From contig MCFH01000003.1 in the NCBI GenBank assembly GCA_002104945.1, forward strand, positions 868,001-932,000: a stretch of 64,000 nucleotides of DNA, given 5' to 3'. The notes under the pieces are model-generated. The model was not told the origin of the DNA. It saw nothing but the letters and a program-made list of their open reading frames with translations, and searched no databases. Shown here in pieces: positions 34,171 through 45,873 of this stretch (positions within the stretch are counted from its first letter, which is position 1; every line of letters begins with the position of its first letter). Position numbers and translations under genes: made by a program. Source of the stretch: Piromyces finnis finn (Eukaryota; Fungi; Neocallimastigomycota).

Positions 34171-34181
34171 ATAACAATTAC
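34171..34181 (+). promoter_or_regulatory. Self-priming (Tf1-type) primer binding site
   Basis: ATAACAATTAC immediately after the 5' LTR is the exact reverse complement of GTAATTGTTAT at 33993-34003 in the LTR, 35 nt downstream of the TATA-box start. Confidence 0.8.
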
Positions 34182-34329
34182 CTTTTCTTATTAAAAAACA
34201 CGTTTTATATTTAATAATAAAACAATTTTTATTTTCTGAAGTTACAACATTGGGAATTGCTACCGTAGAAAATTTGGAACTTTTCGGAAATTTTTTCTCT
34301 TCGGAAATTTTTTTTGTCTACTTGAGTAG

Positions 34330-34560
34330 CCTACCTTGTGGAACTATTTATGGTGTAACTTCTGTCAGTGTAACATTAATTTTGTGTTACCCTACTTTGT
34401 GAAATTCTAAATAAATTTTGTGAAACACTACTTTGTGGAACTATAATTGTGGAATTTTTACCTACTTGTGGAACACTACCTTGTGAAATCCTTCCTTCGT
34501 GGAATTCTTTTGAACGAATCTCGTGGAACTTTGCTTGTGGAACTTCTACTCTGTGAAACT
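34330..34560 (+). repeat. Cluster of 11 YYGTGRAAY motifs in the element leader
   Basis: Repeated ttgtggaac, ttgtgaaat and tcgtggaac at 15-60 nt spacing. Confidence 0.8.
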
Positions 34561-34728
34561 TTCCTTTTTATATTGGAATTGGAATAAGTGTAACTCTACT
34601 GTATGGAACAATGAAATCTTTATATATAAAATCTATCTGTAATACTAATAGAAATATATTTATGAAATACTCTTGTTTTTAAATTGATGAAACTCTTTTA
34701 AAATTAAATTTAATTATAATATACTATA

Positions 34729-36230
34729 AAAAGAACTCGCTCGACACCGTTTGATAGGATAGAGTCTGAGCGACATCTTTTATACATAGTATATTATAAA
34801 TTAAATTGGATATATACAATTAAAAGAGTAAATTAAATCAAAAAATTAATTGCAAAGTAAGAAAATTAAAACTTATTTAAAAAGAAAGAAAATTAAGAAA
34901 AAGTTAATAAAATTTTAAAATTATTTAAATATATTGAGAAATAAGTGAATTAGTATGTTGATTTCACTTATTTGAATGAATTATTAATTGTTATTTTGAA
35001 ATGAACTTATTATATACTTAAAAGACCTCGCTCGACACCGTTTGATAGGATAGAGTCTGAGCGACATCTTTTAAACATGGTATATAATAATTATAGAATT
35101 ATTTAAAATATATTGTATGAAAATTAAAATTTTGATATTTATTAATTAAAATGAAATTGAGAAATAAGTGAATTAAAATGTAAATATCACTTATTGGAAA
35201 AAGTTATTTTATTGAAATATATTTATTATATATTATAAAAGACCTCGCTCGACACCTTTTGATAGGATAGAGTCTGAGCGACATCTTTTAGACGTAGTAT
35301 ATAATAATTTTAGATTTATTTAAAATACATTGAGAAATATGAAAATTAAAATTTTGATATTTATTAATTAAAAGTAGTTGAGGAATAAGTTATCTTATTG
35401 AAATAAATTTATTATATACTATAAAAGACCTCGCTCGACACCTTTTGATAGGATAGAGTCTGAGCGACATCTTTAGATATTGTATATAATAAATTAAATT
35501 GAATATATAATTAAAACAAATTAAAATTTGATTATATAATAAGTAAATTTGAAATGAATTTATTATATACATAAAAGACCTCGCTCGACACCTTTTGATA
35601 GGATAGAGTCTGAGCGACATCTTTTAGATATAGTATATAATAAATTAAAATTAAGAAATGAATTAAAATTTTACAATAAAAGTAAAAGTAATAAATGTGT
35701 AAAGTTAGTTAAATAAATAAATTATTCTTTATTATAATAAGATTTCGATGACACCTTTTTAGAGGACAGAGTCAGATCGACATCTTTTTGGGAAATAGTA
35801 TATAATAAATTAAATTGAAAATACTATAAATTAATTTAACTTGAAAATTTGAAATATATAATTTAATTTAATGAAGTTAGAAAATGATTTGATATTTAAA
35901 ATTACTTTTAAAATAATTTAATTTTATACTAAATAAATAATTCGATGACACCTTTTCTTTAAAGGATAGAGTCAGGTCGACTTCTTTAATATGAAGATAC
36001 AATATAAATTCGATTAACTAACTAAATAAATATAATATATTCAAGGATAATATATTATTAATTAAATTAGATAAATACAATTAAGAAATATATTATATAA
36101 TATATTAAAATATTTTGAAGTAATACGAAAACGAACTTAAAAATTTAATTTCATTGTAATAACTTACTTTATACTTTATAAAGAATTCGCTAACACCAGT
36201 TGATATGATGGAGTCAGGTCGACTTCTTTT
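34729..36230 (+). repeat. Array of 8 conserved ~50-nt hairpin motifs separated by AT-rich linkers
   Basis: AAAAGACCTCGCTCGACACCTTTTGATAGGATAGAGTCTGAGCGACATCTTTT-type units start at 34729, 35020, 35237, 35423 and 35573; divergent units start at 35739, 35941 and 36181. Confidence 0.93.
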
Positions 36231-36789
36231 ATATAAAGGTGTATTTTATATAACTGAATATTTGACTAAATAGAAAATTCTTAATAATTAGAATATAAAT
36301 TTAAAGCATTTTTAATTTGATTTGAATTTATCAACAAAAGTCAATATAAATTTAGTTATTTAAAAAGTTATACATTTATTAAAAAAAAAATTATTTTTAT
36401 ATTTAGTAAATTAAGATAATTTGATTGTAATAGTTTATTAAATAATTTATTAAACAAATGATTAAGAATAAATAATTAAAATAATTTGAATTCAATATGA
36501 GGAGGTTTTACAAATTTAGTTGTTAAATAAATTATGTTTTTTATATTTAATAAATTAAAATAAATTAATTAAATAAAGAATTTTTTATAAAGAAGTTATT
36601 GTATATCTAGTTAATAAGTTTATATTTTTATTAAGAAGTAAGTTTTATATTTAAAAGATTCAAATAACTTGAATAAATTAATATAGTAGTTTTGATTGAA
36701 TAATTATAAAGTTAAATAAATATATAATAAGAAATGAGTGTAATATTTTTTATTCTTAATAATATGATGGTAGTGAAATCAGAGCTAGA

Positions 36790-38900
36790 AAATTAATCTA
36801 TTCTGGATCTGTTCTTAATTTCATTTATCTGGATTTTATAAAGAATAAAATGAAAATAAAAAGAAACAAGAAAGAAGAACAATTCAGTAATGAAATAATA
36901 AATTTGAAAATTCCAATGTTTTAAAAAGAAACTTAATGAATTACTGAATTGTGGAGGATTATAACAAAATGTTAAGTACATTCGTCCTATGGAAAATAAT
37001 GTTATCTAAATAATTTTAATTATAATAAATGTAATTTAAAAAATAAATATGATTGTAATGTATTAGTATTGTAGAATTAGAAATAGCTATAATAGAAATT
37101 AATGAGGAATAGTTTTAGTAATAGTAACAACTTGATAGTATAATAGTTAATATTAATAATAATTAAAAAAAAAAAAATAGAATTAATAAATACAACAAAT
37201 GAAAAAAAAATATAATAAAATGTAATAAATAGAATAAAGTAATAAATAGAATAAGTTAATAAATATGATAAATGTAATAAATAGAATAAATTAATAAATA
37301 TAATAAGTTAATAAATATGATAAATGTAATAAATATAATGAATAAAACAAATATAAATTAATGTAATATGTATAATAATTATAAGAGTTTTTAATAAATG
37401 AATAGTTTTTATGTACTTAATAAAACGAACTTTATAAAGGAAAAAAAAAAAGATTTTAATCTTTATACAATTCTTTTTAATGGAAGTATAATGAGATTGA
37501 TAACTATAATTACTATATATTGATTGTAGGAAATTAAATGATATAATTATTGAAATTCATATATTCCTTTAATCAATAAATAAGATAAATGGAGTAAAAT
37601 ATGTTTTTAAACTAAATTTAAATATATCAATAGCTTAGTAAGAATTAAATAAAGTGATGAATTTAAAATTGCTTTAATCTTTATATGGCATTTTTAATTT
37701 ATTATCATACCTTTTATTCAAAAATGTATCAGCTCTATTTTAATATTTTAAGTGATGCTTTTGATGAAGTATTTTAATTACTTTATAATTAATAATATTT
37801 AGTACAACATTATGTATATGTTTATATCAATTCTGTGATGTTTTATTGATGATATTTAAATTTATGAATTCATTGTTAAATTTTTAAAAAAGAAATAATT
37901 TTATAATACCATATATTGATAAATTATAAAATAAAAGAGAATTATAAATATGCTAAAAGTATTTTAAAAACGTCTAAAAATGATAAATTTGTTAATTAAA
38001 TTATAGTATTTACTTGATGACTTGATACCACTTTTGTTTATTTAATAATAAGATTAAAAAAAAATAGTGGTATAGTTAATATAATTATTGAATGATGTTT
38101 TTCCATTATTATTAATGAATGTTAATTTTTTTACAAATATTTTATTACTAAGAATTTTGTTATATTTATTTGCTTAATAATAACCTTTAAAAAAAAATAA
38201 GTTCCACTTGGTTTAAAGCTTGTACAATAATAAAAAACATTTAATACTCTTTAAATGCTATTTTCTTTATAATTTTAGAATTGTCTGTTTGATATATTTA
38301 ATATAAATTTTATCACAGACTTTTCATTTAAATGAGAGGGTGAACGAGATATTGTTCCAATATCTCCGTTGGTTAATAAAATCGAATTGATTGTTATATT
38401 GGAATCTACTTATAATATTTTATTGTAATCAATCAATCAATTTCAATTTTATACAAACTATGGATTTAATTTAAAATTTAATATTGAAATTTCTTCAGCT
38501 AATAAATCAAAGAAAGTTGAACAGATTATTATAAGTATTAATAAAAAGTATTAAAATTGTAAAATAGAATTTTAATCATGCATAAGAAGATTATAAAAGT
38601 CATGATGATCAAGAAGAATTGAATAAATAAAAATTTGAAACTTAAGTAAATGTTTTGTTTTGAATACTTAAATAAAAATGTTAATAGAAAACAATTTATA
38701 AATAACCATAATCTGAATATAAAAACAAATGGATTCTTGATGATTAAGTTTTAGATAAATTATTAGAATTATGTATAAGTAACAAGAATGATAATAAGAG
38801 TATAAATAAATTAAATACTTATATATTTTTTTAACAATGTTATGATTTAGAAAAAGTAGTAACCATTTGTTATTTAAATTTCTTCAAGAAAATAATCTCG
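36790..38900 (+). pseudogene. Ghost gypsy pol (PR, RT, IN), heavily decayed
   Basis: LIYSGSVLNFI (~36793, PR), INGVKYVFKLNL and LVRIK*SDEFKIA (~37590-37680, RT), ERVNEILFQYLRW and YTNYGFN (~38335-38470, IN), in gypsy order. Confidence 0.7.
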
Positions 38901-38926
38901 CAGGAGCTCGACTTAAAGGGCGAGAT

Positions 38927-39714
38927 TGTAAAGATATAATATATATCTTTAGATTATTTAATAATTAATTATTAATTATTAAATAATAAATTAATATTTA
39001 GTAAAACTGATTATAAAATTTTTGAGTAAATTTTATGGAATAATTTAATAATAAATTATTTTATAATAATTCCGTTAAATTTAAATTAAGATAAATATTT
39101 AAGTTTAAGGAATAAAAGAATTTTAATTAAATTTAAATATTTCAAATATTTTAAATAATTAAAATATTTTTCAAATACTTTTTATTTAATTTTAGAATAG
39201 ATTATACTTTTTTATTTAAATTTAGAATAGTTTAATAATTTTAACTTAGTTTTAAAAATAGATTTATTTATATTTCAATAGGAAATATATTAAGAATAGT
39301 ATTGATAATATTAAATTAATTTATAGAAAATACATGGGCTTTATTCAATTTTGAGTTTACTCAAATTGAATTAAAAGTATAATGAATTAGTTTAGTTTAG
39401 TTCTGTTATTTTATTATTTAATTAAATTAGTTTTGTTTATTTTATATTAAATATATGTTTATTTAAATAGAATAATATATTAGAATATAATTATGAAAAA
39501 ATATAAATACATGTAATTTTTATTTGTTAAATCGATGTAATTGTTATTTTCAATTTTTTAATTATTAACTATTATATAGCTAATAATATTTTTAAGAGTT
39601 TAAATAAAATGTTTTCTTAAAATAAAAATTTAATGTTTTATTTTTTTATTTTTGTGTTAATAAAAATTGTTTTGTTTTAAGTATAAAATCTATTTTAAAT
39701 TTTATACTTTTACA
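38927..39714 (+). repeat. 3' LTR (family B)
   Basis: Same length and sequence as 33383-34170 except one substitution seen by eye (ctttgttc vs ctttattc); preceded by the PPT. Confidence 0.95.
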
Positions 39715-40101
39715 GTAGCCTTGAGAGATCCTAATCTTCTTAACCACTCTCCATGTTTGGAGGTGTCATCCAACTTGTACAAGCTCTTGAGTTTCTCCAT
39801 CTTCTCATATGCGGACTCATAGGTCATAATGTACCTTTCAGAGTCGGTACAATTTGTAAAAATGATTATTCCTGCGAGTGCATCATTTGGTTCAAATTTG
39901 CTTGGTTCATTGAATGTTTTGTAGTTACTCTTGATGTAACCACCAAGCTGTTTAGCCTTTAAGTAGCCTTCAATTGTGCAGTACCATATATCAAAGTTGG
40001 AACTGCCTTGTAATTTATCTTTTTCATTTAAAATGAATTCAGGCATTTTATTTTATATTTTGCAATGTTTCCTTTTGTGAGCCAATTTGAGACTCTTAAT
40101 C

Positions 40102-40308
40102 TGTTAGAATTTTAGGTTTTTAATATTTACTTTATCATGGTAAATTATTAATATTTTATTACAAAGATTTAATTAACAATTACAAGTTTGTATTTATACT
40201 AAAATTTATGGCTTATGCTCTAATACATACATTATCAATACATTACACTATATTAAATACATTTTACTAATGAATAAAGTTTATAATAAAATTTGAGATT
40301 TTCTAACA
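40102..40308 (-). repeat. Copia 5' LTR (207 bp)
   Basis: TGTTAGAA...TTCTAACA terminal inverted repeat, ~55 bp upstream of the gag ATG. It truncates the gypsy A integrase at FELLYGRT. Confidence 0.8.
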
Positions 40309-43300
40309 AGTACGACCATATAATAATTCAAAGCTAGAAAATTTTGTTACTTCATTTTTACAAGTACGTAGAGCCCATAAAGCCGATGGAAGAACTTCGT
40401 CCCATTCTTTATTTGAGTCTCCTAATAGTCGAATATTTTTAATAATTTCTCTATTACGATTTTCTACTTGTCCATTTGTTTCTGGATGATAAGTACTAGA
40501 ATATTGAACATATATATCATATAAATCAAGAAAACCATTAGTAGCATCAGAAGTAAATTGTGGACCATTATCAGTAATTAATATTTCTGGAGTAACATGT
40601 CTAGAAAATACATTTGTAAGAAATTTTTTAACATCCGTAGATTCAATTGATTTTAGTGGTTCAGCTTCAACCCATTTGGTAAAATAATCTACAAGTACTA
40701 TTATATATTTATTATTATTTTTAGTTATTGGTAGTGGTCCAATAATATCTAAACCAACTCTAGTGAATGGTAGACCTGGCTTTGTAGCAAATGATTCAGT
40801 ACCACTATTAATAGGTTGAGGTCTCTTTAATTGACAATCATGGCAAGTTTTTACAAGTAGTTCTACATCTTTAGCTATATTTTTCCAATAATAATTTTTC
40901 TTTAATCTGTTATAAGTTTTATAAAATCCTTCATGACCCATTGAATGTGCAGCTAATAGTAATTCTATTTTCTCTTCTTTATCTTCAATAACTTTTCTGA
41001 TATTGTCTCCATCTTTATAATATTTTATTCCATTTATTAAGATAATTATCTTTTTAAGAAATTCTTTAATTTTATTACTTCCTGGATATTCATTTGAATC
41101 ATTTTCACTAGTATCAATAGATGTGTCAGTTACAAGTACCGCTTCTGAGTCAATATAATTATTTATTGATTCACCTTTTTCATTTTCAGATGGGACTGAG
41201 GATATTTTTATTTTATTTTCTATATTAAAATAATTATTTTTATCAATATTAAAAATATTAGATGGATCATATGAATGAATATTATTATGATTATTATGGA
41301 TGTTAGAATTATAATAACTAGTTGTAGTATTTTCATTTAATTTAGGAAAATCATTTTTATTTATATCTATTTTATTATTTAAGTTGCGAGTATCATTTAA
41401 GTCATTGATATCACTATTCATTACTTTATTATAAACAATATCATTATCATAGTCAGATAATTTATTTATTTCATTATCTTTAAAATAATTATTATTCTGG
41501 CTTTTATCAATATCATTTTTAAAATTTATATTTTTATTTTTATTTCCATGTGAATTATTATTAATAGAGATATAATTATTGAAATCAACATTATTAAGTT
41601 TAGAATATTTAGTTGAATTTACACTTTCATTAACACAAGAATTTTTATTTAAGTCAATATTTTTATCAATATAAGGATTAATATTATTATTTTTATTTAT
41701 TTCATTATCATTAATACATGAATTATTAAAATTACAAGAATAGATTATATTTTCATTATTTTTAGAGTAAAAATCTTTATTTGAATTTAAAATATTATTT
41801 TTAGTAGCTTCATCATCACTATTATTAAAAGTAGCTAGTGAAATTTTTTTATCATTTTTATCTTCTGGTATTAGTCTAGATAATGCATCAGCGACTACAT
41901 TTTTCTTTCCTTGTTCATATTTGACTTTTACCTTGAGCATACTAAGTGTAGTAACCCAGCGTGTTTGACGAGCATTATTTGGTTCTTTATTATTAAATAA
42001 GCCAACTAAAGGTTTATGGTCAGTATATAATATTGTTTCTTCTTTATTCCCACTTATAAGATTTAAATTTCTTACAACAAAAAAAGCTGCGGTTCCTTCT
42101 AAGTCAGTTATACTATAATTAATTTCACTATCGTTTAAAGACCTACTAACATAATGAATTAGATGTTCAACATTATTTTCATCTTTTTGAAGTAATACAC
42201 CACCAATACCATTAAGTGATGCATCAGTTCTTATAATAAAATTTTTATCATAGTCAGGATATTTTAAAATAGGAGACTTAATCAGTCTTTCTTTTAGCAT
42301 TTGGAAACTTTCTTCAGTTTCAGATATCCATTCAAATTTCATACCCTTTTTTAATAATTTAAATAATGGATGAGCAATTTGGGCGAAATCTTTTATAAAC
42401 TTCCTGTAATATCCTATAGCTCCTAGAAATGATCTTAGCTGTGTAAGGTTTGTTGGTGACTTCCAATTTTTAATAGTTTCAATTTTCTTTTCAATTGGTT
42501 TGACACCTTCTACTGATAGAATATGACCAAGGACCTCTACTTCTTGTTTTAAGAAATGACATTTAGAAAGATTTGCTTTTATACCATTTTCTTTTATTAT
42601 ATTAAAAACCTTTTGAAGATCTAATATATGTTGTTCAAGACTTGGAGAAAATACTAAAAGGTCATCCATATAAACAAATAAACATTTTCCAATAAGTGGT
42701 AGAAATATACGGTTCATTTCTCTTTGAAAGGTTGCTGGAGGATTACATAAACCAAAAGGCATTACTTTGTAATTATAATTTCCAAATATTGTTGTAAAAC
42801 ATGTTTTATCAATATCTTCTTTTTTCATTGGTATTTGATGAAAACCAGAGAATAAATCTAATGTAGATAAATATTTTACATTATTACCAATAGAAAATAA
42901 TATTTCTTCGATGTATGGAAGTGGATATGAATCTTTTATTGTTATAGAATTTAATTTTCTATAATCTACACACATCCTCCATTTTCCATTCTTTTTTGGT
43001 ACTAATAAAACTGGAGAAGACCAAGATGATTGTGATGGTTCTATTAAATCATTCTTTAAAAGCTTTCCTATTTCTTCTTTTAGGATTTCCATATGTTCTT
43101 TATTAGAAATACGATACATTTTCTGTTTAATAGGATCATCTTGATTTAATTTAATTTCATGGGCTAATAATTTTGATTTACCCAAATCGTCAGTATCATT
43201 AGCTAAAACATCTATATTAGTTATTAAAAGATTCTTTAGTTGGTCTTTTGCTTCTTCTTGTTCTTCATCAACTATTTTATTAATAAGTTGTAATTTAGAA

Positions 43301-44167
43301 TCACTAGTAGTTTTAATTTCTAAATCTTGATATTTATCATTCTGACTAGTTAAGTAATATATTAATGCATCTTGATTAATTTCTTCATCAAATTCTTCTA
43401 TTAAATTAGTTTGATTCATTTCATTAATACTTTCAAAAGATCCAATTTTGTGAATATCATCAGTTTTCTGATATAAAGTATGATCAGAAAAGTTCATAAT
43501 TAATTTCATATTAGCTAAAGTTTCTACACCAATTAAGACCTGGAATATATATTCTTTTTCAATAAGTCTAAATATTTCTTTAGATGTTATATTACCAATA
43601 GTAATTTCGGTTTCATATAGATGCGACTCAATAGTAGTATTGGAATAAGCTTGATATAAAGTTTCTCTAATTTTTGAAACTGGTTTTAATGGAATATTAT
43701 TTTCTAATAAGAATCTTCTAGTAATCATATTTATAGATAAACAAGAGTCCAAATATACAGTAGTTTCTATTACTTCTATTTTACATTTTGATTTCACGAC
43801 TTTATCTTTTCTTATGGTAGAAAGAATTGTAAATTCATCTTCAATAATTTTAGTAAATTTTAGTGCTTTTGAAAGTTCCGTTTTCAATTTAGGACTAATT
43901 TCAAGTAGTTGGCCTATTGTTATATTTGCAGATTTTTCACCTATATCTTTAGTTATATTATATTTTTCTTGATCTGCTGAAATAACTAATCTTTTTGTAC
44001 CTTTTTAATTTGATACATTTTTTTCCTTTTGACTCGGAAGTTCAATCTCCTTTGCTAGTTCAATTATTTCTTTTTCTCGTTCTTTTTTATTATTTCGTTT
44101 AGCTTTATCTATAGTGGGTTGATTAATGAATGAAGGATCTAATTGTTTTAATGCTTCTGTTGAATTA

Positions 44168-45431
44168 TGTAAAGAAATGTGTCTTTAACAATAAAACAAA
44201 TTATAATATTTACTAAATAACTTAGTAATATTAACACTTTAAAATATTCTGTAAATTATTAATTTATAAAAATATCATTAAAAACACATAGAATTTAACT
44301 TAATAAGTTAGTGTTTAATAATATAATTATTTATTAATAAAATCTCGATTCTTTAAAATATTTGGGAAAATTCACTCGTATTTATACTAAAAATTTTTTA
44401 AATTAATTTATAAAATTTTTTCAACTTAAAATTCTTAACCAATCAATAATCTTCATATAAAATAAAATTTAAAAATAAAATAAAATAAAATTATAATTTT
44501 TTTAAAATAGTATCTATGAGGTCTCGAACTAGTATCATTCAGACTCAAAGTCTTAGCTACTAACCACTAAGACAATTTAGTTATTTCTAGTATTCGTTTG
44601 TAAGAATTAATAATTATTTATTGAATAATTATTAATTCTTATTTAATTATTTTTTTAATTATTAAATTAATTAATTATTTAAATTATTAGCATACATTCA
44701 TTTAAATTACTATAAACAGTTATTTATATTAATATTAATTATTCATTTACTAAATGTAAAATTTATTTAATTATTATATTAATTAATTATTTATTTAATT
44801 TAGTAATTTATCTAAAATAATAGTAAACATTCATTTATTCTATTATTTAATAATTTTTGTATTACATTTTATAAGAAACATTATGTATTTTATTTTACGT
44901 TTGTATTTTATATTTATGTATCGTATCTTGAAATAACTTATAGAAACAACTAGAAGATATAAATAAATATTAGGACAATCGGATATTAAGGTTTTTCCGA
45001 ATTTTATTCGGTTTTACTTAATATTACGATGATTGATATATTAGTTATCAATCGAATATCTTTTTAGGTTTTTCTTCTAGTCTTTTCCTAAAAAGATTAT
45101 TTGTTAAGATTAGAAATTTTTTATTAAACTTTAAATTATTAAAAAATTATAAATAAAAGAACTCTGGAATACCACTTAAAAATCCAGAGTTATTATTATA
45201 AGAACTATTATAATAAATAACCTTTATTAAAACAATATTAATAAAATATTTTAAATTAATTAACATTAAAAGTTTTGTGTTGTTTATTATACTTCCTTAT
45301 AATAAACTCTTATTAAGATAAGTATAAAATTTTATTTTAACTTCTCAGTTTAATAATACTAATTATTATTAAATTGAAGATAATAATTATTATTATATAA
45401 TATATATAATAATAATTATTACATCGTTACA
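44168..45431 (-). mobile_element. Solo LTR-like element (family C), 1264 bp, TSD AATTA
   Basis: TG...CA termini; AATTA at 44163-44167 and 45432-45436; empty site visible at 26761. Its core is homologous to 55860-56326 on the opposite strand. Confidence 0.9.
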
Positions 45432-45839
45432 AATTAGTGTTATTATTAATATTATTATTATTAATGTTATTATCTATCTTATTACTTTCATTATTATTTA
45501 TATTAGTATCATTATTCATACTCATATTATTATTAATATTATTATTATAATTATTATTAATATTATTATTATTATTATTATTTTCATTTTCAATTACAGT
45601 CTCCATTTCTACTTCATTATTTGAAACTTCAATTATGTCTTCATAAGTATTATTTAATGGTTCTCTAGTCTCATTACTTGGAACTCTAATTGGTTGTGGA
45701 TTATCACTTAATTTTTCTTTGGTAGTTCTTTTATATGGTTTAATATCAGTATTCTTTTTAGCTTTTCTTATTACTGGAATAGTAATTTCTTCATTTACTG
45801 GTACTGATATTGTATCAAAAGTAGTATTGGTTTGATTTA

Positions 45840-45873
45840 TGGGAGTATTCCTTCTCCCACTCATAAGTTTAAA
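45840..45873 (-). promoter_or_regulatory. -1 ribosomal frameshift signal (U UUA AAC + hairpin), gypsy A
   Basis: TTTAAAC in gag phase, 7-nt spacer, TGGGAG-aaggaata-CTCCCA; pol ORF MSGRRNTP lies in the -1 frame. Confidence 0.8.

Larger units (their letters stand above)
33383..39714 (+). mobile_element. Non-autonomous (LARD-like) Ty3/gypsy-derived LTR element, 6332 bp, TSD GTAGC, inserted in copia gag
   Basis: Two 788-bp LTRs (33383-34170, 38927-39714); GTAGC at 33378-33382 and 39715-39719; PPT aagggcgagat abuts the 3' LTR. Removing it restores gag LGSLKATNLKETMN. No intact internal ORF. Confidence 0.95.
28218..40308 (-). mobile_element. Ty1/copia retrotransposon (gag-PR-IN-RT-RH), interrupted by three insertions; 3' LTR not found
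   Basis: gag ATG at 40046 (KLQGSSNFDIW); degenerate knuckle CVISDIPGHLAKDC; PR *TYDTGESEHT; IN IHSDIIGP..SDNGREF..PENNGIAERFN; RT QLDIKAAYLN and YVDDM; RH TRPDISFAV, TDADFAGD, SAEAEY and DMLADAFTK. IN precedes RT, the copia order. Confidence 0.93.
40309..45873 (-). pseudogene. Gypsy A pol (PR-RT-RH-IN), interrupted by solo LTR 44168-45431 and truncated by the copia insertion
   Basis: YLDSCLSINMI, WRMCVDYRKLN, YMDD (42661-42672), RTDASLNGIG, H..GH..C..C, GLDIIGP, TDNGPQF and TNGQVENRN. Confidence 0.95.

Noticed and set aside
34729-36230. CRISPR array
   Set aside because: Eukaryotic context, no cas genes, and the 100-240 nt spacers are AT-rich and similar to each other. It is a diverging tandem array with a conserved core.
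34729-36230. Known self-cleaving ribozyme (hammerhead, hairpin) or canonical K-turn
   Set aside because: No CUGANGA/GAAA core on either strand. The hairpin-ribozyme loop A (N-GUC/AGAA) is not satisfied, and only one of the two K-turn G-A pairs fits.
37201-37340. ~40-bp AT-only tandem repeat
   Set aside because: Low-complexity slippage within the decayed pol region; no structure or conserved core.
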